Below are positions 13,061 to 27,942 of a DNA stretch of 64,000 nt, piece by piece. Origin of the DNA: the human T2T-CHM13v2.0 reference genome, Homo sapiens. Made by a program: the position numbers and the translations under genes. The stretch lies in NCBI RefSeq assembly GCF_009914755.1, contig NC_060940.1. One strand, written 5' to 3'. Within the stretch, counting starts at the first letter, position 1. Each line of letters begins with the position of its first letter. The notes beneath the pieces were generated by a model that worked only from the letters and a program-made list of their open reading frames with translations, was not told where the DNA came from and did not search any database.

Positions 13061-14893
13061 AGGGAGAAGTGACTCCAGCTACCTTCCTTTCTGCCGTTTT
13101 GTCTCCCAGCTGGCATTCTCTTTTCCAGAGCCTCGAGTTTGGGTTTAATGTAGTTAGTAAGGAGTTACTTCCAAAGGTAGTGGGCTTAGTTGTCACCGTA
13201 TTCTTAATTTTATTAATGACTGATGTGCCTGGGATTGGATTAATACATTAATCCTTAGGACAGCCCCATGAGGCAGCTTGGTGGCAGCTCAGGAAGCATG
13301 TCTAAGGCTCAGAAGTTCATAACTCCCTTGAGGCCGCACAGAGGGCGGAGCTGGAATTCTGGTCTCCCACTCGATCCCTTCGCCACTGGTGCAGAGCTTA
13401 ATCACGGCCATGGGCTGCCCTTGTTTTGGGTTGTGGGTTTCTGTTCAGTGAGAACGCAACTCAATCCAAAGTGAATGAAACCAAGTTGGAAGGCAGGGAG
13501 GGAACTGGCTTTGAGATGACAGGGTCCAGGATGTGAATGCAGCTGAGACTGGTTCTTGTCCCTCCCTCTTGTCCCTCGGATTGATAACTTGTACTCAACT
13601 ACATGCTTTTGTCAGGGAACCCTGGCTGCTGGCCTTCTGGGTCCCCTAACCATAAGAAAAAGGACCTTCCGTTAGTGTAAAGCCCAAGGCAGGATTCTGC
13701 TTGGCTGGGCTTCGATCTGGTACCCATAGCTGGACCAATCATGACATCCCAGATGGGGTCACGTGGCCAACCTGCCGCAAGGGGGTGGGGTCTGTACCGG
13801 AAGACAGGAGGGGAGGGGTGCAGATCGGACAGGAAGTAATGGCATCCCAGGCCCCGAATTGCTGCAACCCTGGAGGCCAGCCCGGAGTTGAGACTACTGG
13901 TTTTAGAGCAGTTCCTCTGCCTCCCTAAGCTCCACACCTGTCAGGATTCTGTTACTTCTTGGTAACTGGGACTTGCCCAACTTTAAAAACATTATTTAAA
14001 AAAATAGTAATGTGCACATGTAAAAGATTCAAATAGTATATATACAAGGTGTACAGTAAAAAGTAAACTTCCCTCCATCCCAGGCCTGCCAGCATCCCTG
14101 ATGCCGACTTTCTGGGTGTGGCCTAGGGCCCCTCAGTGTAATGTAGGGGTTGTGAGCACAGACTTTGGTGCCAGTTTGCTAGGTTCGAATCCTGACTCCC
14201 TCTTTGTAGCTCTGTGCTTCAATTGAAATACTGTGCCTCAGTTTCTCCTTTATAAAGGCAGGGATCATGAGAGTGCCTGTCCCTTGTGAGCACTATGAAA
14301 GTGTTAGCTGTTCTTTACCAGAATAAATGCATTTCTATATCTTCCCATATGCATTTTGTTAATTTTTAAAGTATTTCAAACACAAAGTTTGAAACAGAAA
14401 ATTGTGTAACATTAACTATGAACTTACCACCCAGAATTTACAAATGCTGACATTTTGCAATATTTATTTCGGATCTATTTTTAAGGGGGGGAACCCTGCA
14501 GTTACTGCTTAATCCTCTTCCCACCCCACCCTTTTATTTTTACACAAGGAGCATAGTGTTCATACTTATGCTATTTTTTTCAGTAACTGAATATATTTGG
14601 AGATCTCCCTCCCTAGGTCATAGAGCTCTGCCCCCTTCTCTCTAACAGCTGCTCAGCCTTCTGTGACTAGAGGTGCTGTCACCAGCTTGCCCCATCCCCT
14701 CCTGGTGGTCATAAGGGTCATCTCTCATCCCAGGCTCTGGCGAACACTGTGCTGAGAGTCCTTGCATACAGCTCTCCCGGTGCCCACAGGCAGGAACACA
14801 GGCGACAGAAAGTTTCCACGTGGAACTGCAGAGTTCAAGAGCAAGTGTGATTTCAATTTTGATGAGATTGTACATGACCTCTAAAAGAGGTTA

Positions 14894-15215
<322 letters not shown>

Positions 15216-18200
15216 TCAAAGGAAGAAGAAGAAAGAGAGAGGAAGGAAGGTTGGAAGGAAGGAAGGAGGGAAAATTAGAAGGGGAAACCATGATTGCTGG
15301 TGAGGTTTTGAGCACATTTTCCTGCAGGCTGGTATGGGTGAGAGGTTTGGTCTTGTTTGCAAATCTTCTGAAGGCCATTCCAGAGGAGCAGTTGCCACTG
15401 CCCCATCCCCTGAGCTCTGAGCATGGGGGTTCCCCTGGGGAGACTCCTGGTGAGAGGATGCCGATTTCTGCTGATCTGTCACTGGGTACCGAGGACTGGG
15501 TGTGTTTAAGGCAGACAGCCAGGTGAGGATCCCAGCTACTGGGGCCTGCTGTCATCTCCTGGGAGTACCCGGGGGTCAGGAGCCTAGGGGACTCTTGCAC
15601 TTCACATCCAGCCATGCTAATTACACTTTTTGGCAAAGGAAACAGCTAGGAGCAGTTTCTTTCACTCCTACAGCCCCGTTTTCTCAGTGTTTAGACCTCG
15701 AATTATTACTGGGCTAGAGGGAAGGCAGCCTCTGAAGTGTGGCAGGAGGAGGGGAAGTCTGCCTGCATCTTGGTGTGTCTGTCAGATGCCAGCACTAATA
15801 ACCTGGCTTCTGTGAGGCCTGTCAGTGCTCTCAGGAATGAAAGGGGACCCCTGAGAGGTGCTCAGTACCAGCAGGCTGTGAATGCTCTCTACCCACCACC
15901 CTCACCTCCTCGTTAAAGATGGTGCTACCTGCCACACAGCAGACATCTGGTCGCTGCACACCCGAAAGACCCCAAGGCAGTCTGCCCCTTGTCCAGCCAC
16001 ACGCCAGCACCCACCCTCCTGGCCCCTGCCTCGGCCTCCCCAGACCAGCTGCACCCAGCCCCCAACACGCACCCCTTCTCCAGATGTGTGCAGGGCCTCA
16101 TTTTGCAGAGCAAAGACAGATGTTTCAGCCACACGCTTTATTAACTTCTAAAACCTGTGCTCAGGACACTCTTCAACAGTCATGAAAAGTTTGATCACTT
16201 GCCACAGTCAGGACCTTTGTGTGGGGCTCTGATCTGATGTTCGGTCTCATCATCTCCCAAACCAGCAGTCGTTTGTACCCCAACCCTCTGCTCAGGGGCT
16301 CATACCCCCAAATGATTTTCCTGATTTATGTATTTCCCTACAAAGGGCTTTCTATACCTAGCATCTGCCTCCAGCATGAGAAGGGGGAATAGGTGAGACC
16401 CATTTGCCAGTAGCAGACGGGGACCCTGGGGAGAAAATGGCAGAGCCTGTTGGAGACTCCCTGTCTCCAGCTGACCAGCCAATGGGATTCCTCTTCCCTC
16501 CACTGTCTCCCACAAAGTAGAAGAATCCTGGTACATTTAGCCCATGAGCCTGGCACAGATCCCTATCTAGACATGAGGCCCTTTAGACATGACTTTGGCA
16601 TTGACCAGCCTGTTGGCAATGGGTCGGGGAGGCAGAGGGGATGCTCACACCAGTAATTCTCATCCCCTGAATGCTTGGGATCACCTGGGGAGAGTTCACA
16701 AAATACTGGTGCAGGGGTCCCACCTCTGATGATGCTGAGTGGTGGGTCTGGGGTGTGGCCCAGGCATCATGATGTTTCAGGCCCCCAGGTGACTTCTTAG
16801 GCAGCCCAGCTAAGCCCCTAGAGCCTTGCAATTTCCCCCAAATGACCTCAGAGGGCCCGATTTGAGGGAAATGCCTAACTTCAGGGGCCGTAAGAATCCC
16901 CCAGGGAGCATGTGAAATGCAGATACCAGGCCCACCCCCAGAGATGAGCTGAGGTGGGTCAGGGGTGAAGTGCAGGGATCAGTGTTTTTCACAAGCTCCA
17001 TACCTCCAGGAAATGGTGTTGTGGTTGGGCCCGTAGAAAACATTCTGAGAGTCCTGTTGCCTGTGCCTTGGTGCACGTGGGGTGGAATCCCAGTGGCCCT
17101 GCCTTGAGGAGGATGTGCATTAACGTGGTAGGGGAGACAGAGACAGCTCCACCTGCCCCCTGCCCCACCGGGGACCTCCAAAAACTTCATGGATGTTAGA
17201 GCAAGCAGCCATGCTGCAGCAGAGGATGAGGCTGGCGGATTTAGTAAGAGCCCTCTGTGTTTGGGCTGAGTTCTTTCTCTAGTTGCCCTGTCATCTGGCC
17301 TCTGGATAACCCACCTCTCCTCCCTCATCCTAAAATTACAGATGGCGAAAGATGGCCACATTTAGTGAGACCCCTAAGGTCCTCCAACTAGGGTGGGTCC
17401 ACAGTGGCCCCTGGTGCATGGACCACACACTCTCTTCCCTCCTCTGGCTCAGGACTACGGTCTGAAATTAGGGAGATATGAATGTCTTTCTTGAAAACTT
17501 CTCTTCCCAGTCTTCCCACTTTGCTTGGGGGTCCTTGGTCAAGGCCAGCTTTGGGGACTAGGGCTTGTTGCGACTACCAGCTGTCTCATTTTGCTGTACT
17601 GCAAACTCAGGCTTGGTTCCAAGCTTATGGGGGCCCTGTCCTTCCCCTAGTAGGGTTTGTTTTGGGGTCACATCTGGTCATACCCTTCAGAGAGCTCTTC
17701 CCCAGCCTCTACATCAGGGAGAGAGGTAGGTAGGGAGGAGCATTCAAGGATTAGAAGAAGGACTAAAGTACAACAGCCTTGGAGGAACTGCCAGGAACTA
17801 AGGGCGAGCACTGGAGAAGGCAACCTGGGACCCCCTGCGCTTCTGAGCAGGAAGACCAAGACCTTCAGGGGCCCTAAGCACTGAAAACATCATTCCTCAT
17901 CCCCAAGCCCTGGCATCCCCCTGTTCTTCTAAAATAATTCTTTTCTAGGTATTTCTGATTGCAAAATTCTGGATGGGTTCATCCAAGCTGACCTTTGCTG
18001 TTTTTTCCCTTCCCAACAAGGCCTCACTTTTTGGAGCCACCTTAGCTGGTGCCTAGGCAGAGGGGCAGTCAGCAGTGGTTATCAGGATCCTGGCTCTATG
18101 GGTTGCCTTCCTCCTGGTCTGTAAAGCCCCTGCAGGCAGGGACTTCTTAGATAGCTGCTTCCTTAGGGCATGGCATGTAGTGGGTGGTTAATGAATGGAA

Positions 18201-21196
18201 GAGAGGGAATGAGTGATCAAGGGAGGGAGGAGGGAGTGGAGTGGAGATTTCTCATCCTTTCCTGTTAATTTATGACATCCTCCTGCCTATGAGTCCTTGA
18301 CTCTGGAGTTTTACAAAGCAGTCACATTTCAAATAAAAGTCTGGGAAAGCAACACATCATCGCCAACTTTTAATTTTGCTAAATAAGGATATTAGAAAAA
18401 GAATAGAAAATTGCAGTCCCTTACTGTTTAAAGAAAAACCAAAAGAAGTTAAAAAGAAAAAAAAAACAACCTCATTATGTTGTCTTTGTTTTTGTTTTGT
18501 TTTCTTTCCTTGGAAATCAGTGAAAGTTTGGTCAGCCACACATTGTAGTAGGGCTAGAATTTTTCTTCCCATTTTAGAGACGGGAGACCTGAGACTCCAG
18601 GTGGGGGTGTGGAGTCCAAATGGACAGTTCTTCCCAAAGCTGAGCGCAGACCGGCTTGCAGGTCCTTTTTCCAGTCATGGCCTCAGCTGTCTGCAAAGGA
18701 CTTGGGGGAGGCTGACAGCTCTGATGTCTGGAGAGGGGGCTTCTGCAACCTCCAACACTGGTCAGTAACTCCACAGAGGCCATTGGCGGGGGTGGTCTGC
18801 TTGTATCAGCAGGCCTGTCATGGCCAGTTCAATGGTCGGGGCTGAACTATGTCTCTTGGTGCCTGGTAGAGGGGTTGGAGTGGGCCTGAGGCCAACTTGC
18901 TCAGAGCCACACTCCCCAGGAAGCTGTGGAGTCTGGAACTCTGCCCTGCCTTCCTGTCCCCTGCCCACTCTAAGCCTCCAGAAGTCAATCCTCTGCTCAC
19001 CGGGACCGTACCTAGCCTGGCCCATCGATGTGTCATGTTTGACCCATCAAGGGTTTCAAAAATTTTTAATTAATTTCCAAAATCTGAGGGTTTCACCTAA
19101 AAACCTGGATGTTTGGCTTTTCTCATAAAAATCAGAAAGTGGGTTTACCCCAGGCTCCTGTTCCCACATGGCTGCAATCCGCCCGCCTCTTCCAATGGTG
19201 CACATGCCTTTTTTCCTGCGCCCGGAGCCCCTCTCAGCCTGATTTTGAGGCCTGGCTTTGATGCGATTCAGCTCATGACCCCTGCGCAGCCTCAAGCACC
19301 TAAGTTTTGGAGGTCAGTGATGCCACTTAAAAACCTGTTCAGGGCAGAGCGTTAGACAGGAGGATGGCTAAGGGAGCAGCTTCAGGCATGGGAGGACTTT
19401 CATGGGGAAGTCTTTGGGGCAGTCCTGGAGACCCTCACAATGTGGCCCCACTCCTCCTTTAGATGGGGCAAGGTGGGCTGGAACCCCCAGCAAAGGGTCC
19501 CAGGCTGTGTGAGACCCCGCCCAGCACTCCTTAAACAGCCAAGACAGGTGGAAAGCCCCAACTCAAAAGACTGGCTGGATTGTACCCGGCTCAGTGACTT
19601 CCCCTCTTTGAGACTCAGTTTGCTTTTCTGTAAAGTGGACCTAATGAGGCCCGCTTGGCTTCAGCTCCAGGGACTTTGGAGATTTAAGCAAAGCAAGAAA
19701 TGGGAAAGGAGTTTGTTACATATCAGGCTTCCTGGAGGAATGCCCCCCAGCTCTCTTGGAGGGGGAAGCAAAAAGACTGCTGATCAGGCAGGGGACGGGA
19801 ACTCCCCGAGTGGCCACATGGGCAGTCTCAGTAGGAGTCTCAGGCCAGGCTCTGTCTGTGGATTCCCACTTCTCTGGGCTGCATCTCACTGTTCAGGCTA
19901 GAGTCTGGTCCTTGCCCATCTGCAGGTCCAGGAAGATGTGGCCCCAAATTCTCTGGACCTGATGTCCTAGATCCTGTGCACTTGGCTTCATGGATAGAGT
20001 CTGAGAAGGTTGCAGGATCCAGTAGCTGGACCACAGAATGCAGCCTGGGGGTTTGGCTAAGATGAGCAGACTGGCCCATGGTTGAGACTTTGGACCTGAG
20101 CTGAGTCCTGGTTCTACTACTTCCTAGATGTGTGACCTGGGACAAGTGACTCACCTCTGTGCCTTGGTGTTTTTCTCTAACATGGGGCTAATTGGGGTAA
20201 CTACCTTACTGAGCTGTTATGAGTAAATGATCCAGTGGGCGTGAAGCGTTCAGCGCAGAGCCTGGCACGTAATAGGCCCTCGATAAGTAAAACAGCAACA
20301 GTAGCTGCAGTTAGGAGAATGTGACCCCAGAAGGCTCATGGGAAAGGAGGTGCAGTCCTGATGGATGAAGGGTACCTGTCCTCCACCCCGGCTGCAGAGC
20401 CCCCAGTGAGACAGCTGCTGTGGCATGCTGCCTCTGCTACACACTCAAAAAACACTTGAGGACATGACTTTTCCCTCTCAAGTTTGATGGGATCACTCTG
20501 TTCCTTCCAGACCCGACTTGTGGTGTGAACTTGGACAAGCCCCTGCTGTCTCTGGCCTTCAGTACCATATTTGTATTATGAAACTGCCCTTGGCTTGAAG
20601 CTAGACTATGGGGGTGGCAGCTCTAAGTCCTACAAACAGTAGGGGTAGTGGTGGGGATGGGCAGCCTGAAAGCCATGCCAGCAGTGCCTTCCTTGGGGAA
20701 AGAGGTGGCCTCTGGAGCAATGCTTCGCTACCCTACATCTGGGTCTGTCCTTGCCCAACTCCTAAGCTGCAGGATCGCTGAGGAGTCCACATTGCCATAT
20801 CTGCCACTTACAGAGTGCCTACTGTGCACCCAGCCCACATTCACTAGTGTCCTCAAAACAGCCTTGAGAGGAAACCAACGAGGAAACAGAGTTACAGTTC
20901 AGTTAAGCAACTTACCTAACTTGTGGCTAATGCATGGTAGGATTAAACATAAGCCTGACATATGCTAGCCACATGACCCTCCCTTTCCAGGAGCCTGCTG
21001 GCATTGATACAGGTTGACAAAGACCAGTCCTACTCCGTTGTCTGCCATTACTCCAGCCAAGTCCAGGGACACGTGAGGCAAGGGGAGCTGGGGCTGCTGG
21101 TGTGGCCGAGACCTCAGCCTCAGCAAGATGGTGCCCCAAGCTCTCAGGGTGCCCTGTGGTCCCCTTCATTCATAACATTGATCATGTTTGTAACTG

Positions 21197-21842
21197 TAGT
21201 TGATTCTCACTCATCGCAGTAGTTACATCTTATAAAGTCACCTCTGACACTGAGTTAGCGCATACTGAACTATTGATCCTAGGGGAAATACAGGGTTAGG
21301 TTCCTGCCAGCTTCTGGTCACAACATTTTCATTACCAATCAGTGCATAACCTTGTTTTATGTGTGCTTCTGTTTAAAGATGCCTAATTTACTATATATTC
21401 TTGATTCGTTAACATTGAACTCAGCCAACAGCTCTATAACTCATGACTGAATGAAGCTTATCTAGCACACATATTTTCTCTGCAAGGCATATCAGAGCCT
21501 TCTGTGCTTAAGAGCACAAGATGGCACTTCAGCGTCATGCCTGGGGAGCATTTTAAGCAGCCAAATCACCAACACAAAGCACAAACATGCACAAAGCATG
21601 ATGCTAAACAGACTGTGAGAAGGATGTTTGTGTATAGGATGAGAACTGAACCACGAAAGCAGAGCATCATCTTGTTCGACCTCAGTTGAGAACATGTTGT
21701 CGGGCCACTCAGACTTTTCACTGCTCTGCGCATATCACGAATGAAGTGAATGCACCATGAGTATTGATTTTGGGTGATAGACAAATTTTAGTGAATAGGC
21801 AATTTCGTAAATACAGAATCCACGGAGGGTGAGGATCCACCG
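21197..21842. mobile_element. Tigger-family DNA transposon remnant (MER82-like)
   Basis: About 650 bp with degenerate terminal inverted repeats and the internal text cctaggggaaatacagggttaggttcctg, as I recall for MER82. Confidence 0.7.
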
Positions 21843-24800
21843 TATGTACTTATCTATGCCTCTAATTATTTGGTTTCCACCAAAGCACTTGTTCACCAGA
21901 TTATCTTATAATCCCAAAGGCCCAGCAAAGACAGGTGCTTGTTCAATGTCTGTTGAGCGACTGAAGGACAACACATTCCTGGCCTCCCCACCCGCCCCCA
22001 GCGGGACCTAGCACATGGCCTGCTGTTGACACTCCATGTGTCTTTGTTGATAGAATTCATAAAGACAGATGGGAAAAGGGGCACCCCTCTTGCGGGTTCC
22101 TGATGCTGAGAGTTGTTGGAATGTTGATGCTGCCCCCAGAGAAGGGTGACAGCATGCAGACAGACTGGAAACCCAGAACCTCCTGGGGATATTCAGATGG
22201 TGTCACTGGGCTCGGCCTGTGGGCTCTCAGCACATCTAGGTACTGGGGCCCAGGGTGACTCTGAGTGGCTCAAGTCCCCTGGCCAGATCCTCTCCAGATG
22301 GGCCCCTGGCCATCTTAGCCAACATCACCTGATTCTGTTTCCTCTGACTCTGTCCTCAAAAGGCAGCATCTGATTGTGATTTGGTCCAGAAATTCCTGGC
22401 CAGAATATTTCCAGTGTGGTGCATGTGAACTTCCCGCCTTCCCTTCCTTCCCTCCTCCCTCCTTTCTTCACTGGGGAGAAAGAATTTGGCATTCGAGTAT
22501 CTCACCCCGTCTTGCTAAGCAGTTTAGTTAGACTGCAGGCCAGTCTCTGTGGTGTGACCACCCCCCAGTGGCAAGGAGCTGCCAAAACTGAGCTTCTGGG
22601 CAAGACGTGGGCAGAGCAAAGAGAGACCCACACTTGGCACTTCCTGCCCAGAAAGGACCTGCTCAGGCCTGGCTGGCCTTTACCACCGTCATCTCCAGGC
22701 TTTCTGTTCATCCGTACTTTCAAAGATTTAGTGATCAAGTACTATGTGTCAGGAACCATGCTCAGCACTCGATAAAACAGACATCATCTCTACCTACCTT
22801 TGTGGAGCTTTAATCTAGTGTGGGGGACGGGGGGACTGCTTCCACCCAGAAACGACATTTTTATCCACTGCGATAACTTCTGGGGAGACATGGGAGGGAA
22901 TAACAGAGGGGACATGATGGAGATGGGGGACTGCAGAGGGACTCTCCAGGAAGCCACATTTAGGGTGTGACCTCAAGGGTGAGGAAGAATTAGCCAGGTG
23001 GAAAGTTAGAGGGAGCAGCTGGTACAAGGGCCTCAAGGGTGGATGGAGGGTGAACGCTTGATGAACTGGTGCAGGCCTGTATGGCCGGGTACAGCTGGCA
23101 ACGAGGAGGCCCGGTATGGGCAGAATCTGGGGGCCTGAATGGTGGAGAGTCTGCTTGTCACCCCAAGAGACACATCAGGAAGCTAGGTGGTCAGTCGGGA
23201 GAGAGAGGATGTGACACTCTAGCCACCACCACGCAGAGAAGGGATTGGAAACAGTAGCCCGGAGAGGAGGCTCTCTTGGTAGGATCCCACGGCAACCGAA
23301 TGGATGCACGTTGTTTATGACGTTCTTACCCATGAAAGCGCTCAAGGATCCGCTTGCTTGCTTACATGTGGGATCAGCACTACCTTCCGTGCTGCCGAAC
23401 ATCTTCTTAAGCGAGGGAAAGAACAAAAAGAAAAGTTGGCAAGAAAGAAAGGGCAAAGACAGAGAGACTGGGAGAGAAAGAGGCCCCAATTTCCTCTCTC
23501 TGGTAGTTGCTGAATTGGCTCTCGTGAAGGCAGAAAGGGAAGGGCTGACTTATGTCCCTCTGCCAGGAGAGGGGAAAGGAGGGAGGCATGATATTGACTT
23601 AAACGTGGGGGATTTAAAAGGCCCCTATGTTCCCACTTTGTGCTTTGCTTCTAACAGACAGCCTGGGACCTTTGAAGTCGGTCTGGCCCAGTGGGGAGCG
23701 GGCTTCTGTGGAGACAAGATGCTAACGGGGGCGGGGGAAGGGGGCCAGGGGGCGGCCGAAACTCTATTAGGCATGCTCTAGCAAAAAGAAAGGCAAATCC
23801 AATGATAATGTACATCTGTTTCAGGGAATTTATAAGCTTTGAACATTTTTTATGGGCAGATAAGTGGGTCCTTTTCTTACCATAACTTAGAACTTCAAAG
23901 CTGAGTGTGTGGATAATGCAAATTGCTGAAATATGAGATTTTCCCTACAAAGAGGTTTCCAAAAAAGACGAGGAAGAAAAAGAGGGGGGGGGGAGAGAGA
24001 ACGAAGGCTAACTGATGCCACAGTCTTTTATGTACATGGCAAAAACGGGACAGAAATTGATTTTTATGAAAGAAGAAATTGATGGGAGACATGGCGTGGG
24101 GAGGAGGCGGCCTTGTGGCAGGTGCTGGGAGGCAGGGACTGGGGCCGGGCGGGTCCACCCAGGCTGTGGGTCAGCCCTGCAGGGTTGAGCTGCCTGGCTG
24201 TGGCTCAGGCCCTGGGGACACAGTGCCCTCCCTCTAGGAGCCTTAATGGGGAAAACAAGAACACTGTCACTCGTAATGGGCATGAAAGGACACTTCAGAG
24301 CCAGCCAAGGCAGTGTCAGCCCAGAACAACACCCTGGAACACCCAAGGGGGCTCCAAGGCAGGATGGGACCCCCTGGTTTGGGAAAATCAGAAAAGGCCT
24401 CCTGGAGGAGAGGGGCTCTAGGGGGCAGGTATGATCCTGAAGGGAAGACAGTGGGGTGGGACATTTCAGATGGCAAAACAGCTGGGTCAGGATATCCCCA
24501 GGGTCATGCCTCTGCCACCCAGACCCCACCACATTCAGCCCTCTGTGCTTTTCTTGTCTCCCACATCCCCAGCCCCAGTAACTAGCAGGGACACAGTCAA
24601 CATTCAATATGTGCATGTTGAATGAATGAATGAATGAATGTGAGATCGTGAGAACACACAGCTGGTTGGCAAGCAGCATCAACCAGCTCTTTCTTTTCAC
24701 TATATTACATATCTACAGTGGTAGAGTCATACTAGAAGACATGATGGGATGGTGGTGTGGTCTCTGTAGTTGACCCCATCATCCTTTCTGTCCATAGGTG

Positions 24801-27266
24801 ATTCGTCTAAGCCAGACATGGCAAAGTCCTCACCTTTGCCAGTGACTGATTCAGGAAAGATCATGTGTGACCTTATTCTGGGCAATGAGATCTGAAGGGA
24901 AGTCTGTTGAGGAACTTGTAACATGTCATGGTAGTGGCCATCTTGCTACAGCCTGAGGACCACAGAGCACACACAGAGAGTGCTGGGTCCTTGGGAATGA
25001 TGTTGAGCAAGCACTTATACATGACCTGGCAGCCACCCAGCATCTGTACTTTAGTTATTTGGTTTTTCTCAGGAGGAGATCCTGAGATGAAGACTCAGGA
25101 GCAGGTTGTTGATTTTGAGGTGGTCCTGGGAAAGACAGGGAGGAGAGTGGGGAAGTGAGGCAGAAAAGGAAGGGAAGTTCCACTCCAGGAGCCCACGTGG
25201 AACATACCTCAGAGTTATCCCACCTGCACAGGGAGGGAGCTGAGGTATTTACCCACCCATCCTTGTCAGTCATTGGTCAAGGGCTATTTCTGTGCATAGG
25301 CATAGGCTTCAGCAGAATTGCAGGTACTGGCAGTCGGAAATTGGACCAGCAAACAGAAATGATTCCTACAGGGGATACAAGCCAGGCACAGGCAGTGTCT
25401 GTTACTTGGGGTTCCTGTTGCTTAGAGTTGAAAGCATCATAACCCATCCCAGGTGATCATAGAAGGACCTCAAAGGAAAAGGTGAGGGGTTTGGACATTT
25501 CCTGAGAATCCATGGGGGAACCATTCAGGGTTTGGGGCAGGTGTCAACCACAAGAACATTAAACAGGCTCTTTTGGCAGCAAAGTTGGGAGTGGTGTTGA
25601 AGTAACTGGGAAAACTCCACAGAGGCTCAGCGTCCACCTCTACCTGACACCCTGCCAGCAACCTGGGTGATTTCCGCAGGTGTCTGAACCCCGATCTCTC
25701 AGTGTTATGGCCCCCACCACCAGGAAGGCCTCCTTTTCTCTCTTCTATAGCCACTCACTCCTGGGCCCCACTGTGAACCCAGAAATGCCACACCATGGAA
25801 GCCACACACTCTGCTGTCTCCTTCTGTCCTCATTCCTGTCCTTCTCACAGTCAGTCCCTCTTGGCTCTTCCTAGAGTCCCTTTCATTCCCTCATTTCCAC
25901 TTCCTGCCGCTGTACTGTCACCTGTGGCCTGGATTTGCACTCTTGGTCCAACACCCTCAACTCCAACACCTCTGTCTTTCTGCCCCATCCACTAGACAAA
26001 AGCTGACTCTGGAAAACATTAGGCACTCAGAATCAAGGGTTCTGGGGTCAGATGGATAATTGCCATCATCCTCACCAAGTTGCCACTGGACTTTCTTGCC
26101 CCTAAATCCACTGGGCATTTCATTGCTACCTTTCTTGACTTCTTGATTGTTTTTGTGATACTGACACATCCCCCCTTTCAGAACACCCTCTGCCCTTGGA
26201 TTCTGTGCACAGGAAGCTAGTTGCTCCCCTGAATACACTCTTTCTTCCTTGTAATACAGCCTCTGATTTTGAGCCCAAGAATAAAGACTACAGTTCTCAG
26301 ACTCCTTCGCAAATAAATTTTGTGACTAAACTCTAGTCAACAGTAAGTGTCATGTAGCAGCTCCTGGGAATCTCCTTTAAAAAGAGAGCTTGTTTATACC
26401 TATTGTCATCTCTGTTCTTCTGTGCCCCTTCTTCCATTTTGCTGCCTGGAAAGCAGATGTGATGGCTGGAATTCCAGTCACCATTTTGGACCATGAGGAC
26501 AACACCCTAGAGATGTGGAGTGGCTAAAAGAAGCCTGTGTTCCTGAGAACTTAGAGGACCAGGACCTCTATTCCAGGCTTGGACACCTACATTTAGACTA
26601 TTATATGAGGAAGCAATCAACTTCTCACTTGTTTCAACCACTTTCACTTGCAGTCAAACCTGAATTGTAAGTGAAATTGCTTTCCTGATAGCAAACCTGT
26701 TGGATTTTCTCCAGAATCCCTGGGCCACTTTTAGCAGTCAGATTCGTCTAATCCTCCTTTAAAGATGGTGGCAGTGAAACTGGTACATGGGACCTGACTG
26801 GGCTTTGTTTGCAACTTTCTGATAATTTATAATTATTTCAAAATAAAAAAATTTTAAAAATAGTGGCGTTGCTCAGATCTCAGTGCTGGCTGCCTGGCCT
26901 TCTCCGTGGACTCACTTCTTGGGATCTCGTCCACTGCCATGACTGTCTCTAGGTTGCTGCCAACGAGTCCCAACTACATGCCTCAAAACAAACTCATCAT
27001 CTTACCCCAAAACCTGCTCCTAGCTCAGCAGATGGCAAGACAATCCAACAAGTAACCCAGACCAGAAGCTTGGGTGCCATCCTTGACTCCTCTTTCCCTC
27101 ATCACTCCAGTTACTGAGACCTTTTCCACTCTACCCATCCCCTCCATACCCTAGCAGAGAGTCCTGTCGGCTCTCCCCAGCCTGGGGACGGTTCCTCCAC
27201 TGGCCATGCTGTCTCCCATCAGTCCCCGCACTGCAGACAAAAAGCACTTTTAAAAATGCCAATCTG

Positions 27267-27942
<676 letters not shown>

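Noticed and set aside
23245-24700. 178-aa + ORF and 230-aa - ORF
   Set aside because: Non-ATG starts, partial L2/low-complexity overlap, and no domain or splice support.
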